Source: Planctomycetota bacterium (GTDB taxonomy: Bacteria > Planctomycetota > JAJSAM01). From it: a stretch of 64,000 bases of DNA. Every line of letters begins with the position of its first letter. Positions within the stretch are counted from its first letter, which is position 1. A program made the translations under genes and the position numbers. The stretch lies in assembly GCA_024274785.1 (NCBI GenBank), contig JAJSAM010000035.1, forward strand, positions 85,613 through 149,612. The letters run 5' to 3'. The notes beneath the pieces are model-generated. The model did no database searches and was not told the DNA's origin. It saw only the letters and a program-made list of their open reading frames with translations. Below, piece by piece: positions 37,717 through 48,500 of this stretch.

Positions 37717-38921
37717 TACGCTGTCAGTCCTTCGGAGTAGGGAATGCCCTCTTTCGGTCCTCGCGCATCCGGCCAGAAGACGCTCTGCCCGGTGAAGCCC
37801 GGTTTGCCGAGTTCCAGGCAGCGCTCGATCGTCTTCGGCGTGATGTCCTTCCCGCCGAGCCCGATGATGAAGTTGAGAAGCTCCGGGCGCTGCTCCTGGT
37901 GATAGAAGGTGCGGGTCACGTCCTGGTAGACCATGCCGGAGGTGCCGTAGCCGATGTCCCGGTCGAGGACGAGGACCGTCTTCGCGTGGCCGACCGCCTT
38001 GACCAGTTCTTCCTCCGGGAACGGCCGGAAAGTCCGCAGGTTCGCGACGCCCACCTTCTCGCCCCGCTTGCGCATTTCCGACGCCGCATACCGGGCGGTT
38101 TGCATCATCGAGCCGATGCCGATGATGACCACTTCGGCGTCCCCGGTGCCTTCGGTCTCGACGACGTGGTACTCGCGTCCGAACTGCTCCTTGAACTTCC
38201 GGAACGTCCGATCGATGACCGTGAGGGAGTCCGCGAGCGCCCGGTGCTTCTTGTACTCGTAGTCCGGGTACCACTCCGGGAAGAGCACCTCGCCGAACTG
38301 CAGCGGGTTCTCCGGGTCGAGAATGGCGCGGTCGGTCTGCCCCGGCGGTTGGATGAACTGGTCCGCTTCTTCCTGGGTGATGGTCACCACCGGCTCCGAG
38401 GCGTGGGAGAGGATGAACCCGTCGTAGGAGATCAGCAGCGGCAGGTTCACTTCCGGATCCTCGGCGATGGGGTAGGCCATCAGCATCAGGTCGTAGACTT
38501 CCTGCACGCTCACCGCGTAGATCTGTAGCCAGCACGAGTCGCGGTTGACCAGCGTGTCCTGGTGATCCGGCCAGATGTTCACCGGGACGGAGAGCGTCCG
38601 GTTGGCGATCGCCATCACCACCGGGAAGCGCATCCCGGAGGTGAAGTACATCACCTCGCTCATGAGCTGGATGCCCTGCGAGCAACTCGCGGTGAACGAC
38701 CGGGCGCCGACCGCGGCGGCTCCGGCGCAGGCGGAGAGCGCGGAGTGTTCGGACTCCACCTTCACCATTCGCGCGTCGAGTTCCCCGTCGTTCACGAACT
38801 GGGAGAGATACTCCACGGTGTGCGTCTGCGGAGTGATCGGGTAGGCGGCGATGAGCTGGACCCGGGCGCGCTTCACCGCCTGGGCGGCGGCCATGTTGCC
38901 GTTCCAGAATTCGGTGGTCAT
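37716..38921 (-). CDS. porA: 2-oxoacid:ferredoxin oxidoreductase alpha subunit
   Basis: 401 aa. MTTEFWNGNMAAAQAVKRARVQLIAAYPITPQT...: typical PorA N-terminus and length. Confidence 0.85.
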   Translation of the reverse strand: MTTEFWNGNMAAAQAVKRARVQLIAAYPITPQTHTVEYLSQFVNDGELDARMVKVESEHSALSACAGAAAVGARSFTASCSQGIQLMSEVMYFTSGMRFPVVMAIANRTLSVPVNIWPDHQDTLVNRDSCWLQIYAVSVQEVYDLMLMAYPIAEDPEVNLPLLISYDGFILSHASEPVVTITQEEADQFIQPPGQTDRAILDPENPLQFGEVLFPEWYPDYEYKKHRALADSLTVIDRTFRKFKEQFGREYHVVETEGTGDAEVVIIGIGSMMQTARYAASEMRKRGEKVGVANLRTFRPFPEEELVKAVGHAKTVLVLDRDIGYGTSGMVYQDVTRTFYHQEQRPELLNFIIGLGGKDITPKTIERCLELGKPGFTGQSVFWPDARGPKEGIPYSEGLTA

Positions 38922-39211
38922 GCCCCCTCCCCCGTCTCTTCACGCTGCATCTCGATCGCGCCGGGACGGCACTCCTCGGCGCAGATCCCGCAGCCCTTGC
39001 AGTAGTCGTAGTCGATGTCGAAGGATTCGGAGTCGATGCACGCCTCCGGGCAGTAGAGCCAGCAGAGCCCGCACTCGGTGCAGCGCTCGTGGTCGAGGAC
39101 CGGCTTCGTCGCCCGCCAGGCGCCGGTCTTGTTGTCCAGCGACCAGCCGGGGGGATAGGTCAGGACATCCTTTGCATCTTTGACGAACTTCTCGTACTTC
39201 TCCATGCCCAT
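38918..39211 (-). CDS. porD: 2-oxoacid:ferredoxin oxidoreductase delta subunit (2x[4Fe-4S] ferredoxin)
   Basis: 97 aa with CTECGLCWLYCPE and CKGCGICAEECRP cluster motifs. Confidence 0.85.
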   Translation of the reverse strand: MGMEKYEKFVKDAKDVLTYPPGWSLDNKTGAWRATKPVLDHERCTECGLCWLYCPEACIDSESFDIDYDYCKGCGICAEECRPGAIEMQREETGEGA

Positions 39212-39215
39212 GCCG

Positions 39216-39845
39216 TCAGTCTCCGATCTTCCGGATGCCTGCTGCCGCCGCCTTCGCCGCCTGGATGTTCAGGGCCGCCTTCTCGCCGAAGCGCTCCTCG
39301 AGCACCCTGGCCAGGGAGTCCATCGAGATGATTCCGGTGGCTCCGACGAACGCTCCCATCATCGAGGTGTTGGTGATGGGCCGGCCGAGGATCTCCATCG
39401 CGATCGAGGTGGCGTCCACGGTGAGGACCTCAAAGTCATCGATTCCGGGCTGGTAGCCGTACTTTCCACCGCGGAGTTCCGCGTCGATCTCCGCGGGAGG
39501 CCGGGTGGAGTTGAAGATCAGGCGGCCCCCCGGTACCAGCCCGAGCGTGATGGGCGCGAAGTGCCAGATGCTCGAATCGAGGACGACCAGCACCCCGGGA
39601 CTCGTGGACGAGCACTTCAGCAGGATCTCGTCCTTGCTGACCCGGACCGTGCATTGCGAGAGGGCGCCGCGTCGTTCCGGCCCGAAGGTGGGAATCGACT
39701 GCGCGTAGCGCCCCTCGAGGACGGCGGCCTTCCCGAGGAGATCCCCGGCGGTGACGACTCCCTGGCCGCCCCGGCCGACGAGACGAACCTCGTGCATGTC
39801 CGTACCGGTCACGCCGGGGGCGAGATTGATCGATGTTGAATCCAT
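39216..39845 (-). CDS. porG: 2-oxoacid:ferredoxin oxidoreductase gamma subunit
   Basis: VRLVGRGGQGVVTAGDLLGKAA: PorG signature. Start at 39845 (MDSTSI) or 39797 (MHEVRLVG). Track ORF start 39899 is unlikely. Confidence 0.8.
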   Translation of the reverse strand: MDSTSINLAPGVTGTDMHEVRLVGRGGQGVVTAGDLLGKAAVLEGRYAQSIPTFGPERRGALSQCTVRVSKDEILLKCSSTSPGVLVVLDSSIWHFAPITLGLVPGGRLIFNSTRPPAEIDAELRGGKYGYQPGIDDFEVLTVDATSIAMEILGRPITNTSMMGAFVGATGIISMDSLARVLEERFGEKAALNIQAAKAAAAGIRKIGD

Positions 39846-40365
39846 ATGGGCTCCGTGCGGCGACTCCCCCATTGTCTTCGAACGGTCGTTCGGAATCAAT
39901 GTAAGGGGCCGCGCAAGAATACTTCGCAGGACGGAGAGCGCTGATGCGTCCGCCCGGCAAGACGCGAGGAGGGCGCAACCATACTGGTTTCAACAGACGA
40001 GCAACGCGGCTCAAGGGGATGCGGCTGTCCGTGATCTGAGGGGCGGCTGCGGTGCATCGAGGCGGGTCCGGCCGTCACCGTCGATCCGGGTGCGGAAAGC
40101 GAGGATGATTCCGGAATCCGAAGTTCTCAGAAAAACTCCGGAATCTGTGCAACCCACCCACCCGGTTTAACGACTTCTGGGGTGACGGAGCAGAGTTCCG
40201 CTGGATGAAGGGTTACCCGGCGGGGGGGAAGAAGCTCTGTCATCGACCCGGAGGCAAGGGGAGATTGGGCCTTAGGGCCTCCGAAGCGGGCGAGTGTGGC
40301 CGACCCTGACGCCGAGCCGGCGTGCCACCTCGCACCGGACCGGATTACCCGGTATCCTCACCCCC

Positions 40366-41925
40366 ATGTCCACCTGGCAAAAGGACATCCGTGTGCCCCT
40401 TCCGGACGGGACCTGGCTGGCGGGGGATCTCGCCCTGCCCGACGGGGACGGTCCGTTTCCATCGGTCCTCATCCAGAGCCCCTACGGCAAGGAGCGGCTC
40501 GGGGCGGCCCTGCCACGCGAGTCGGCGCGGACCTGGCTCGACTTCTGGGATCGGGATCGGTACGCGCTGCTGATCGTCGACTGGCGAGGGTTTCATGGTT
40601 CGGCTCCGGCCGGTGGATCCGGGGCACGGAAGCCGGCGCATCGGGGTGAGGACGGCGTGGCGGTCCTGTCGTGGATGGCGTTGCAACCGTGGAGCAACGA
40701 GCGAGTGGCCGCCTGGGGACCGTCGGCACTCGGTCGGGCGGTCCTTCGCACCGCGGCGCAGCAGCCCTTGCCCCTCGTCTGCGGGATCCCGCTCGTCTGC
40801 CACATGGGGCACTTCTACGATGACCTCTACGAGGGAGGCGTGCTCGAGGAATCCCACGATCGATCGATCCGCGCACTCGGCTTCGGCCTCCCCGACTCCG
40901 TCCGGGACGAGCCGTATTCCGGGACGCCCTTCTGGCGGGAGGGCGAGAAGGAGTGTCGGCCGGAGGACATCAACATCCCCCTCCTGCTGGTCACCGGATG
41001 GTTCGATCTCGTTACGGCCCGGACGCTTCGCTTCTTCTCGATGCTCCAGACGGTCGGCGGCCAGCGCGCGATGGCCCACTCGCGGCTCCTGGTCGGGCCC
41101 TGGCATCACACCGCCATCGACCACCGCCGCCAGGGCGGAATGAAGTTCCCCGGAGCGGCCGGGGCGGGCGCGAAGGAGATGCGCGACTTTCTCGCCCACT
41201 GGGTGCTCCGCGAGCAGGACCGCGGGTGGCCGGAGTTCACCGGAGTCCGGTACTGGCAGATGGGGGAGGAACGGTGGGTGGATGTGCCGAGTTGGCCGCC
41301 GAGAACGACCGACCGGACGCTACACCTCACTCCCGATGGCGGCCTGGCCGACGATCCGTCCGGGCGGGGCGAACTCTCCTTTACCGCCGACCCGGAGAAC
41401 CCGGTTCCCACCCGCGGCGGCGCGAACCTGCCCATGGGGCTGAAGGCCGGTCCCATCGACCAGCGTCCGCTCGAGGAGAGGGAAGACGTCCTGGTCTTCT
41501 CAACCGGACCGCTCGAAGAACCCGTCGCCATCACCGGCGCGGCGCGCGTCACCCTGACCGTGGTGACCGACGCCCCCGACTGCGACATCGCCGTTCGCCT
41601 GACCGACGTTCACGAAGACGGCCGGAGTATGCTCCTCGCCGACTCGATCCGCCGGGCGAAGCTCCGCGGCGGAACCGATCGTCCGATGCCGGTCACACCG
41701 GGGTTGCCGTTCGAGATCACGGTCACCCTGCCGCCCCTGGCCCAGACCTTCCTCCCCGGCCACCGCATTCGCATCTCGGTGGCGGGCTCCAACTGGCCGC
41801 GCTACGAGCGGAACGCCCACACCGGGGCGGATCACTTCGACGGGGGCGAGGCCTTCCCGGCGCAGATCACCCTGCGCTTCGGAACCGGTTCTCCCGCTCG
41901 CCTGGTCCTGCCCATCAAGCGCTGA
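40366..41925 (+). CDS. CocE/NonD-family (X-Pro dipeptidyl-peptidase S15-like) alpha/beta hydrolase
   Basis: IRVPLPDGTWLAGDLALPDG...PSVLIQSPYGKE...LLIVDWRGFHGS. C-terminal beta-sandwich domain. Start taken at MSTWQKD. Confidence 0.75.
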   Translation: MSTWQKDIRVPLPDGTWLAGDLALPDGDGPFPSVLIQSPYGKERLGAALPRESARTWLDFWDRDRYALLIVDWRGFHGSAPAGGSGARKPAHRGEDGVAVLSWMALQPWSNERVAAWGPSALGRAVLRTAAQQPLPLVCGIPLVCHMGHFYDDLYEGGVLEESHDRSIRALGFGLPDSVRDEPYSGTPFWREGEKECRPEDINIPLLLVTGWFDLVTARTLRFFSMLQTVGGQRAMAHSRLLVGPWHHTAIDHRRQGGMKFPGAAGAGAKEMRDFLAHWVLREQDRGWPEFTGVRYWQMGEERWVDVPSWPPRTTDRTLHLTPDGGLADDPSGRGELSFTADPENPVPTRGGANLPMGLKAGPIDQRPLEEREDVLVFSTGPLEEPVAITGAARVTLTVVTDAPDCDIAVRLTDVHEDGRSMLLADSIRRAKLRGGTDRPMPVTPGLPFEITVTLPPLAQTFLPGHRIRISVAGSNWPRYERNAHTGADHFDGGEAFPAQITLRFGTGSPARLVLPIKR

Positions 41926-42320
41926 GGATCTCCAGCCGGCGCCCGGCATGATGCGGTGCAGGAAGCAGTCCACTCCCCTGAAGACGCGGATCTCCTCCCC
42001 GCCCGCTCGGAGGGTCGAGCACCGTCTCGAGCAGTCACAACGCCGCACTGTTCGCGGCAGTTACGCCTGTGCCGGAGAACCTCGATCTCCTGAAGGTCGC
42101 TCCCAAAGCTGCTGCAACCGGCCAGGGTCCGGAGGGCGCGCCTTGCCGGACGGACGCAGCGGCGCTCTCCGTCCCGCGAGCTGTTTCCTGTGCGAGCCCG
42201 GAGCGGGATCATGTGGGCCGAGTCGCCTCAAACATTTGTTTGAATTTCGCCCGGATTTCCCGGCCGCTTGCCCCGGAGTGTGATAAACAGTTGTTTGAAA
42301 CGATCGATTGAGAGGTGGCG

Positions 42321-42971
42321 ATGGCACCGACCGACCCGAGGGACACGAAGGAGAGGCTGATCGACGCGGCGGAGTCGCTTTTCGGCGATCGCGGGATCGC
42401 GGCGGTCTCCGTCCGGGACATCACCGCCAGGGCCGAGGCGAACATCGCGGCGGTGAACTACCACTTCGGGAGCAAGGATGCGCTTTTTCTCGCCGTGCTG
42501 AAGCGCCGGATGGAGCCTCTGAACGCCGAGCGCCTGCGTCTGCTCGATATCGTCGAAGAGACGGCCGGAGGCGAACCGCCCGCCCTCGAAGAGATCCTGA
42601 GCGCTTTCGTCGAGCCGACCTTCCGGGTGTTTCGCAGCAATCCCGACTTCATGAAGTTCGTCGGCCAGTTGCACCACGAGTGTGGAAGTCTGGCCGACAG
42701 CCTGCTGGCCACGTCCCGGTTCGGGGAGCTGATTGCCAGGCTCCGTATCGCGCTCCTCCGGGCATTGCCCGGTTCACAGCCGGCCTCCTCCTGGTGGGGC
42801 ATGAACTTTCTCATGGGGGCGATGATCCACACCTGGATGGGGGGGCACGAGATCGAGGCCATCTCGGGTGGAGAAGCGGTCTACGGCAGCGATGAGATCA
42901 TGGTGGAACGTCTGACGAAGTTCGCCGCCGCCGGACTTCGCGCCATCGCCGATGTCGGAGAGGAGGAGTGA
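42321..42971 (+). CDS. TetR/AcrR-family transcriptional regulator
   Basis: N-terminal HTH (KERLIDAAESLFGDRGIAAVSVRDITARAEANIAAVNYHFGSKDALF). First gene of the efflux operon. Confidence 0.85.
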   Translation: MAPTDPRDTKERLIDAAESLFGDRGIAAVSVRDITARAEANIAAVNYHFGSKDALFLAVLKRRMEPLNAERLRLLDIVEETAGGEPPALEEILSAFVEPTFRVFRSNPDFMKFVGQLHHECGSLADSLLATSRFGELIARLRIALLRALPGSQPASSWWGMNFLMGAMIHTWMGGHEIEAISGGEAVYGSDEIMVERLTKFAAAGLRAIADVGEEE

Positions 42972-44374
42972 TGAGCCCCTGGCCGTCCCTTCTTCTGCTG
43001 GTCTTTCTGATCGGCTGCAGGAGCGTGGCCGAGCCGGAACTTCCGGCGCTGCCGGTCACACCCCCGGACGCATTTGCCGGCGGCGCCGCCGAGGATGCCT
43101 TCCCGCTGCGCGAGGACTGGTGGATGGACTTCGGCGACCCCCGCATCGACGAACTGGTCCGCGAGGCCATTCTCGGAAACCCGGGCCTCGATGAGGCGGA
43201 GGCGCGGCTCCGCTCCGCGTTCGCGCTCGCCGACATCGCCGGGGCTCCGCTCGCTCCGTGGCTCTCCGCCGGCCTCGTCACCTCCCGCGACAATCGCTAT
43301 ATCGGCGGGACCAGCTCTCTCTTTCCCGCCACCAACACCAGCAACGCCTTCGGCGCCTCCCTGAACCTCTCCTGGGAGGCCGACCTCTGGGCCCGGATCC
43401 GCTCCGGCCAGGCCGCGGCGATCGCGGATGTCGAGTTGCAGGACGCGCTCGTTCGCGGCGCCTATCTGTCCCTCGCGGTGCAGACCGCCAAGGTGGCCCT
43501 GACCGCTACCGAGGCGGGGCAGCAGGCGGAGGTGGCCCGGCAGAATCTCCAGAGCGCCAAACGGCTCGCGGCGCGAATAGAGGAGCGCTACGAGTTGGGC
43601 CTTCGCCAGATCCTCGAGGTCAAACTCGCCCGCACCGAGGTGGCCGACGCGAAGGCGCAGGTCTATTTCTGGGAGCGGGTGCGCGATGCGACGCGCCGAC
43701 AGCTCGAGAGTCTCCTCGGCCGCTACGCTACCGGCACGGTCGAGGTCTCCGCCGAGCTTCCGGAGTTGCCCGGGGCGGTCGAGGCGGGGATCCCGGCGGA
43801 CCTGATCGCTCGCCGTCCGGACCTGGTCGCCGCCGAAAAGGCCTACGTCTCCGCGTTCTACCGCGAAGAGGAGGCCGATGCTTCGCTCTACCCGCGGCTC
43901 TCTCTCACCGCCTCCGGAGGCGTGGCGAGTTCCGAACTCTCGGACCTGGCGATGGGGAACTTCGCCATCTGGTCGATCGGGGCGAACCTGTTGGCCCCCA
44001 TCACCGAGGGTGGCCGGCTCCGCGCCAATGTGGCGTTCTCCGCCGCCAACAAGGAGCAGGCCGGCGCGGCGTTCGCCTCCGCGGTGCTGCGCGCCTTCAC
44101 CGAGGTGGAGACGACGCTGGCCGCGGAGGGGTTCCTGAACCATCGCGAGGCCGCGCTGGCCGAACTCGTCGCCGAGGCCGGAGACAGCGCGGCCATCTCC
44201 GAGGATCGCTTTCTGGCCGGGCTTCTCGACATCCTGACGGTGCTCGAAGCCCGCCGCCGGCACTTCGGCGCCAGGGCGCAACTCCTCCGAGTGCAGTTGG
44301 AACGACTGACCAACCGTATCGACTTCTACGCCGCTCTGGGGGGGGGCATACCAGTTCGGCCGGATGCCGACTGA
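42971..44374 (+). CDS. RND efflux outer-membrane factor lipoprotein (TolC/NodT family)
   Basis: Lipobox (LLVFLIGC). Two OEP repeats. RBS AGGAGGAG. Overlaps TetR stop. Confidence 0.85.
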   Translation: MSPWPSLLLLVFLIGCRSVAEPELPALPVTPPDAFAGGAAEDAFPLREDWWMDFGDPRIDELVREAILGNPGLDEAEARLRSAFALADIAGAPLAPWLSAGLVTSRDNRYIGGTSSLFPATNTSNAFGASLNLSWEADLWARIRSGQAAAIADVELQDALVRGAYLSLAVQTAKVALTATEAGQQAEVARQNLQSAKRLAARIEERYELGLRQILEVKLARTEVADAKAQVYFWERVRDATRRQLESLLGRYATGTVEVSAELPELPGAVEAGIPADLIARRPDLVAAEKAYVSAFYREEEADASLYPRLSLTASGGVASSELSDLAMGNFAIWSIGANLLAPITEGGRLRANVAFSAANKEQAGAAFASAVLRAFTEVETTLAAEGFLNHREAALAELVAEAGDSAAISEDRFLAGLLDILTVLEARRRHFGARAQLLRVQLERLTNRIDFYAALGGGIPVRPDAD

Positions 44375-44386
44375 CGAGGTAGGGAC

Positions 44387-45559
44387 ATGCCGAGCACCAT
44401 CTTGAAAATCCTGCTTCCGCTGGTCGTACTGGCCGGCGGAGGCTTCGCCGCACTGAAGATCAGGCAGAGCGAGAAGATGCCGGAACCGCGGGAGACGACC
44501 GTGCACGATCCCGTGGTCCGCGTCGTGCCGGTGCGGAGGGACGACGTGACGCTCGACGTCACGACCTATGGCACGGTGCGCTCCCGAACCGAGATCCAGG
44601 TGGTCCCGCGCGTCACCGGCCGCGTCGAATACGTCGCCCCCGGGTTCCGGGACGGCGGTTTCTTCAAGAAGGGCGAGGTCCTGGTCCGGATCGAGAGAGA
44701 GGACTACGAGCTGGCGAAGACGCGTGCCGGAGCTTTCGTCTCCCAGGCTGAAGCGCGGCTCGAGCGGGAACTCGCCGAGGCCGAAGTCGCGAAGAAGGAG
44801 TGGGATGAGTTCGGCAAGGGCGAAGCACCCGCACTGGTCCTGCGGGAGCCGCAACTCGCCGAGGCCCGCGCCGCTCTCTCCTCCGCCAAAGCGACTCTCG
44901 CCGCGGCGGAACTGGACCTCGGTCGGACCGAGATCCGGGCCTGGTTCGATGGCCGTGTCCGGCAGGAGAGCGTGGAAGTCGGCCAGTTCCTGATGGCGGG
45001 CTCCCGCATCGCCACGGTCTACGGCACCGACTTCGCCGAAGTGAGGCTCTCCATTCCCGACGACCAGCTCGGCTACCTGGATCTCCCCGTATTGCGCGAC
45101 ATCGCGGCCGGCTCCCACGCCGGCAACCTGATTCCGGTGCGACTCTCAACGACCATGTCCGGCACCCGGTTTCAGTGGGACGGCGAGATCGCCCGCACCG
45201 AGGCCGAGGTGGATCCGAGGACGCGAGTCATCTACTGCGTGGCCCGGGTTCGGGATCCCTACGCTGTCGGCGAGAATGGGCGTCCACCGCTGATGATCGG
45301 CATGTACCTGAAGGCGGTGATCCCCGGTCGAAGGGTCGAGGGAGTGGCGTCGGTGCCGCGCTCCGCCCTTCGCGGCCGCAACCGGGTCCTGGTGGTGGAC
45401 GCGGATGACCGGATTCGCTGGCGCACCGTCGAAATCCTCCGCAAGCAGAGTGCGCGGGTCCTGATCAAGTCCGGACTCGAAGTCGGCGAGCGGGTCTGCC
45501 TGACCGATCTCGAGACGCCGATCGAGGGGATGAAGGTTCGCGTCGAGACCAGGCGATGA
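44387..45559 (+). CDS. RND efflux periplasmic adaptor (membrane fusion protein, HlyD family)
   Basis: N-terminal TM, coiled-coil hairpin, beta-barrel pattern. RBS before ATG. Confidence 0.85.
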   Translation: MPSTILKILLPLVVLAGGGFAALKIRQSEKMPEPRETTVHDPVVRVVPVRRDDVTLDVTTYGTVRSRTEIQVVPRVTGRVEYVAPGFRDGGFFKKGEVLVRIEREDYELAKTRAGAFVSQAEARLERELAEAEVAKKEWDEFGKGEAPALVLREPQLAEARAALSSAKATLAAAELDLGRTEIRAWFDGRVRQESVEVGQFLMAGSRIATVYGTDFAEVRLSIPDDQLGYLDLPVLRDIAAGSHAGNLIPVRLSTTMSGTRFQWDGEIARTEAEVDPRTRVIYCVARVRDPYAVGENGRPPLMIGMYLKAVIPGRRVEGVASVPRSALRGRNRVLVVDADDRIRWRTVEILRKQSARVLIKSGLEVGERVCLTDLETPIEGMKVRVETRR

Positions 45560-48500
45560 GAGCCCTGATCGACTGGTTCATCGAGAGCAAGGTCGCCGCG
45601 AACCTGCTGATGCTGTTCATCCTGGTCGGTGGCGGCATCACCATGATGGGACTCAAGCAGGAGGTCTTCCCCAACGTCGACCCCGACATGATCACCGTCT
45701 CCGTGATCTACCCCGGTGCCACTCCGGAAGAGATCGAGGAGGGAATCTGCATCAAGATCGAGGAGGAAGTGGAGGGGCTCGACGGCGTGAAGAAAGTCAC
45801 CTCCAACGCTTCCGAGAACGTCGGGGTGGTCTCCATCGAGTTGTTCGAGGGGGAGGACAAGCAGGCGGTGCTGGACGACGTGAAGGTCAAGGTGGACGCC
45901 ATCTCGACTTTTCCGGAAGACGCCGAGAAGCCGGTCATCCAGGCGCTCGAGATGATGAAGCAGGCCATCAACCTGATCCTCTCCGGCCCGGCCGATCCGC
46001 TGACGCTGCGCAAGCTGGCCCAGGAGATCCGCGACGACATCGCCGACCTGCCCGAGGTCTCCCGCGTCGAGCTGACGAATGCCGTCGACTACGAAATCTC
46101 CATCGAGGTCGCCGAGGATGCCCTGCGACGGTACGGCCTGACCTTCGACGATGTCAGCCGTGCGGTCCGCCAGAGCTCGCTGAATCTCTCGGGGGGCACG
46201 GTGAAGACCAGAGGCGGGGAGATCCTGCTGCGCTCCGACACCCAGGCCTACGTCGGGGAGGACTTCGAGGAGATCCTGCTGATTCGCTCTCCGGACGGCA
46301 CCCGCGTCAAGCTCGGTGATGTGGCCACGGTCCGGGATGAGTTCGAGGACGTGGACCTGTGGAGTACCGAGGACGGCCGGCCGGCGATGACCCTGACCGT
46401 CTATCGCATCGGGGACCAGAGCGCTCCCACCGTGGCCGGCGCGGTCTACGATTACCTGGACGAAGTGCGACCCACACTCCCGGAAGGCATCACCCTGGGA
46501 ATCGGCAACAACTGGGAGGACATGCTTCGCCAGCGCCGCACGCTGCTGCTGAACAGCGGCGCCTGGGGCCTTGGGCTGATCTTCATCCTGCTGTTGCTGT
46601 TCCTGAGATTCCGGTTGGCGTTCTGGGTCTCCCTCGGCATCCCCACTGCTCTGATGGGTGCGGTCTGGCTGCTCCCCTCCACCGGAGCGACCATCAACAT
46701 GATGTCCCTCTTCGGGTTTATCACCGTGCTCGGGATTCTGGTGGATGACGCCATCGTCGTGGCCGAGAACATCCACTACCAGACCAGGCTCGGGATCGGC
46801 GGCATCCTGGCGGCGAAGCGCGGAACCCGCGAGGTGATGGTGCCGGTCGTGCTCGCCGTCCTGACCACGGTGGCCGCTTTCATTCCGATGCTGAGTTTGC
46901 CGGGCTGGATGGGCAAGTTCGCGCAGGTGATCCCCATCGTGGTGATCTGCGCACTGACCTTCTCGCTCGTGGAGTCCCTCCTGATCCTGCCGCATCACCT
47001 TTCGCGCCTGACCGCGGAGGTCCCGGGGAGGAAGGGGAAGTTCAGGATCATCGGGAGCCTCTCCCTCGTCCTCTTCTGGTGGGTGGACCACGTCTATCGC
47101 CCCATTCTGAGGCTCGCTCTCCAATGGCGATACCTCACTTTCTCCGCGGGCCTGGCAATTCTCATCGTCACCGCGAGCCTCTTCGGCCCGGTGATCAAGT
47201 TCGTCTTCATGCCGGTCATCGAGGGGGACCAGATCATCGTCTCGCTGACGATGCCGGAGGGGACCCCGGTCGCGGATACCACGGCGGCGTTGAAGCGCAT
47301 CAGCGATGGCGTCGAGATGCTCTCGAAGAAGTACGAAGGGGACCAGCCCGGCAGCGTGTTCATCCGGACGCTCGTGTCCGTGGGCAGCCAGCCGCAGTCC
47401 GGGCAGGATCCCACCAGTTTCGGCCTGGGCCGCATCAACAGCCCGAACATCGGCGAGGTCTTCGTGCAGCTTCGCCCCCCCGAGGAGCGGGGGGAGATCC
47501 ACTCGGAGGCGCTGATGCATGAACTTCGGGGCCTGGTGGGGGATGTGCCGGGGGCCCGGGAACTCCGTTACGACGTGGCGATCAACCGCAGCGACTCCCC
47601 GATCAGCCTGGAACTCAAATCCGGAGACCTCGCCGCATTGCGCGGCGCCGCGGACAAGGTCAAGGCGCGCCTGGCGGAGTTCAACGGGACGTATGACATC
47701 GCCGACGACCTGGTGGCCGGCAAGCGGGAGATCCGGCTCTTCGTCACTCCGCAGGCGGAAGCGCTCGGCATCACCCAGGCCGATCTCGCCCGGCAGGTAC
47801 GCCAGGCGTTCTACGGCGACGAGGCCCAGCGCATCCAACGCGGTCGCGACGACGTCAAGGTGATGGTCCGCTATCCGGAGGAGGCCCGCCGATCCCTGGC
47901 CGACCTCGAGGACATGCGGATCCGCATGCCCGGCGGGGGAGAGGTTCCCTTTTCGACGGTGGCCCGGGTTACGGAGGGGCGGGGGCCTTCGGTGATCCGC
48001 CGGACCGATGGCCGCCGCACCGTGACTGTGACCGCCGAACTCGACCTGGCCGTGGCCAACGCCAACGACATCGTGACCGAGCTGAAGAAGCCCGGCGGTT
48101 TCCTCGCGGAGCTCAAGACGGAGTTTCCGCAGGTGGACTGGTCCTTCGAGGGGGAGCAGCGGGAGCAGGCCGAGACCCTCTCCGGGTTGTTCAAGGGCGC
48201 GGTGATCGCACTGCTGCTGATCTTCACGCTCCTCGCGCTGGTCTTCGGCTCCTTCAGCCAGCCGCTCATCGTGCTGCTGGCCATCCCCTTCGGATTCGTC
48301 GGCGCGGTGCTGGGGCATGTGCTGATGGGGCTCGACTTCACCATGCTCTCGGCTATCGGTGTGCTGGCCATGGCCGGCGTGGTGGTGAACGACTCGATGA
48401 TCCTGATCGACTTCGTGAACCGCCGGAGAGCCGAGGGAGCCACCGCCTGGGAGGCGGTGTTGGAATCCGGTCCGAGGCGTTTCCGCGCGATCCTGCTGAC

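Noticed and set aside
39905-39925. 17-mer GGGGCCGCGCAAGAATA shared between 39907 (por upstream region) and 50031 (3' end of GH114 gene)
   Set aside because: A single 17-nt match in 64 kb of GC-rich sequence is near chance expectation. No extended similarity on either side.
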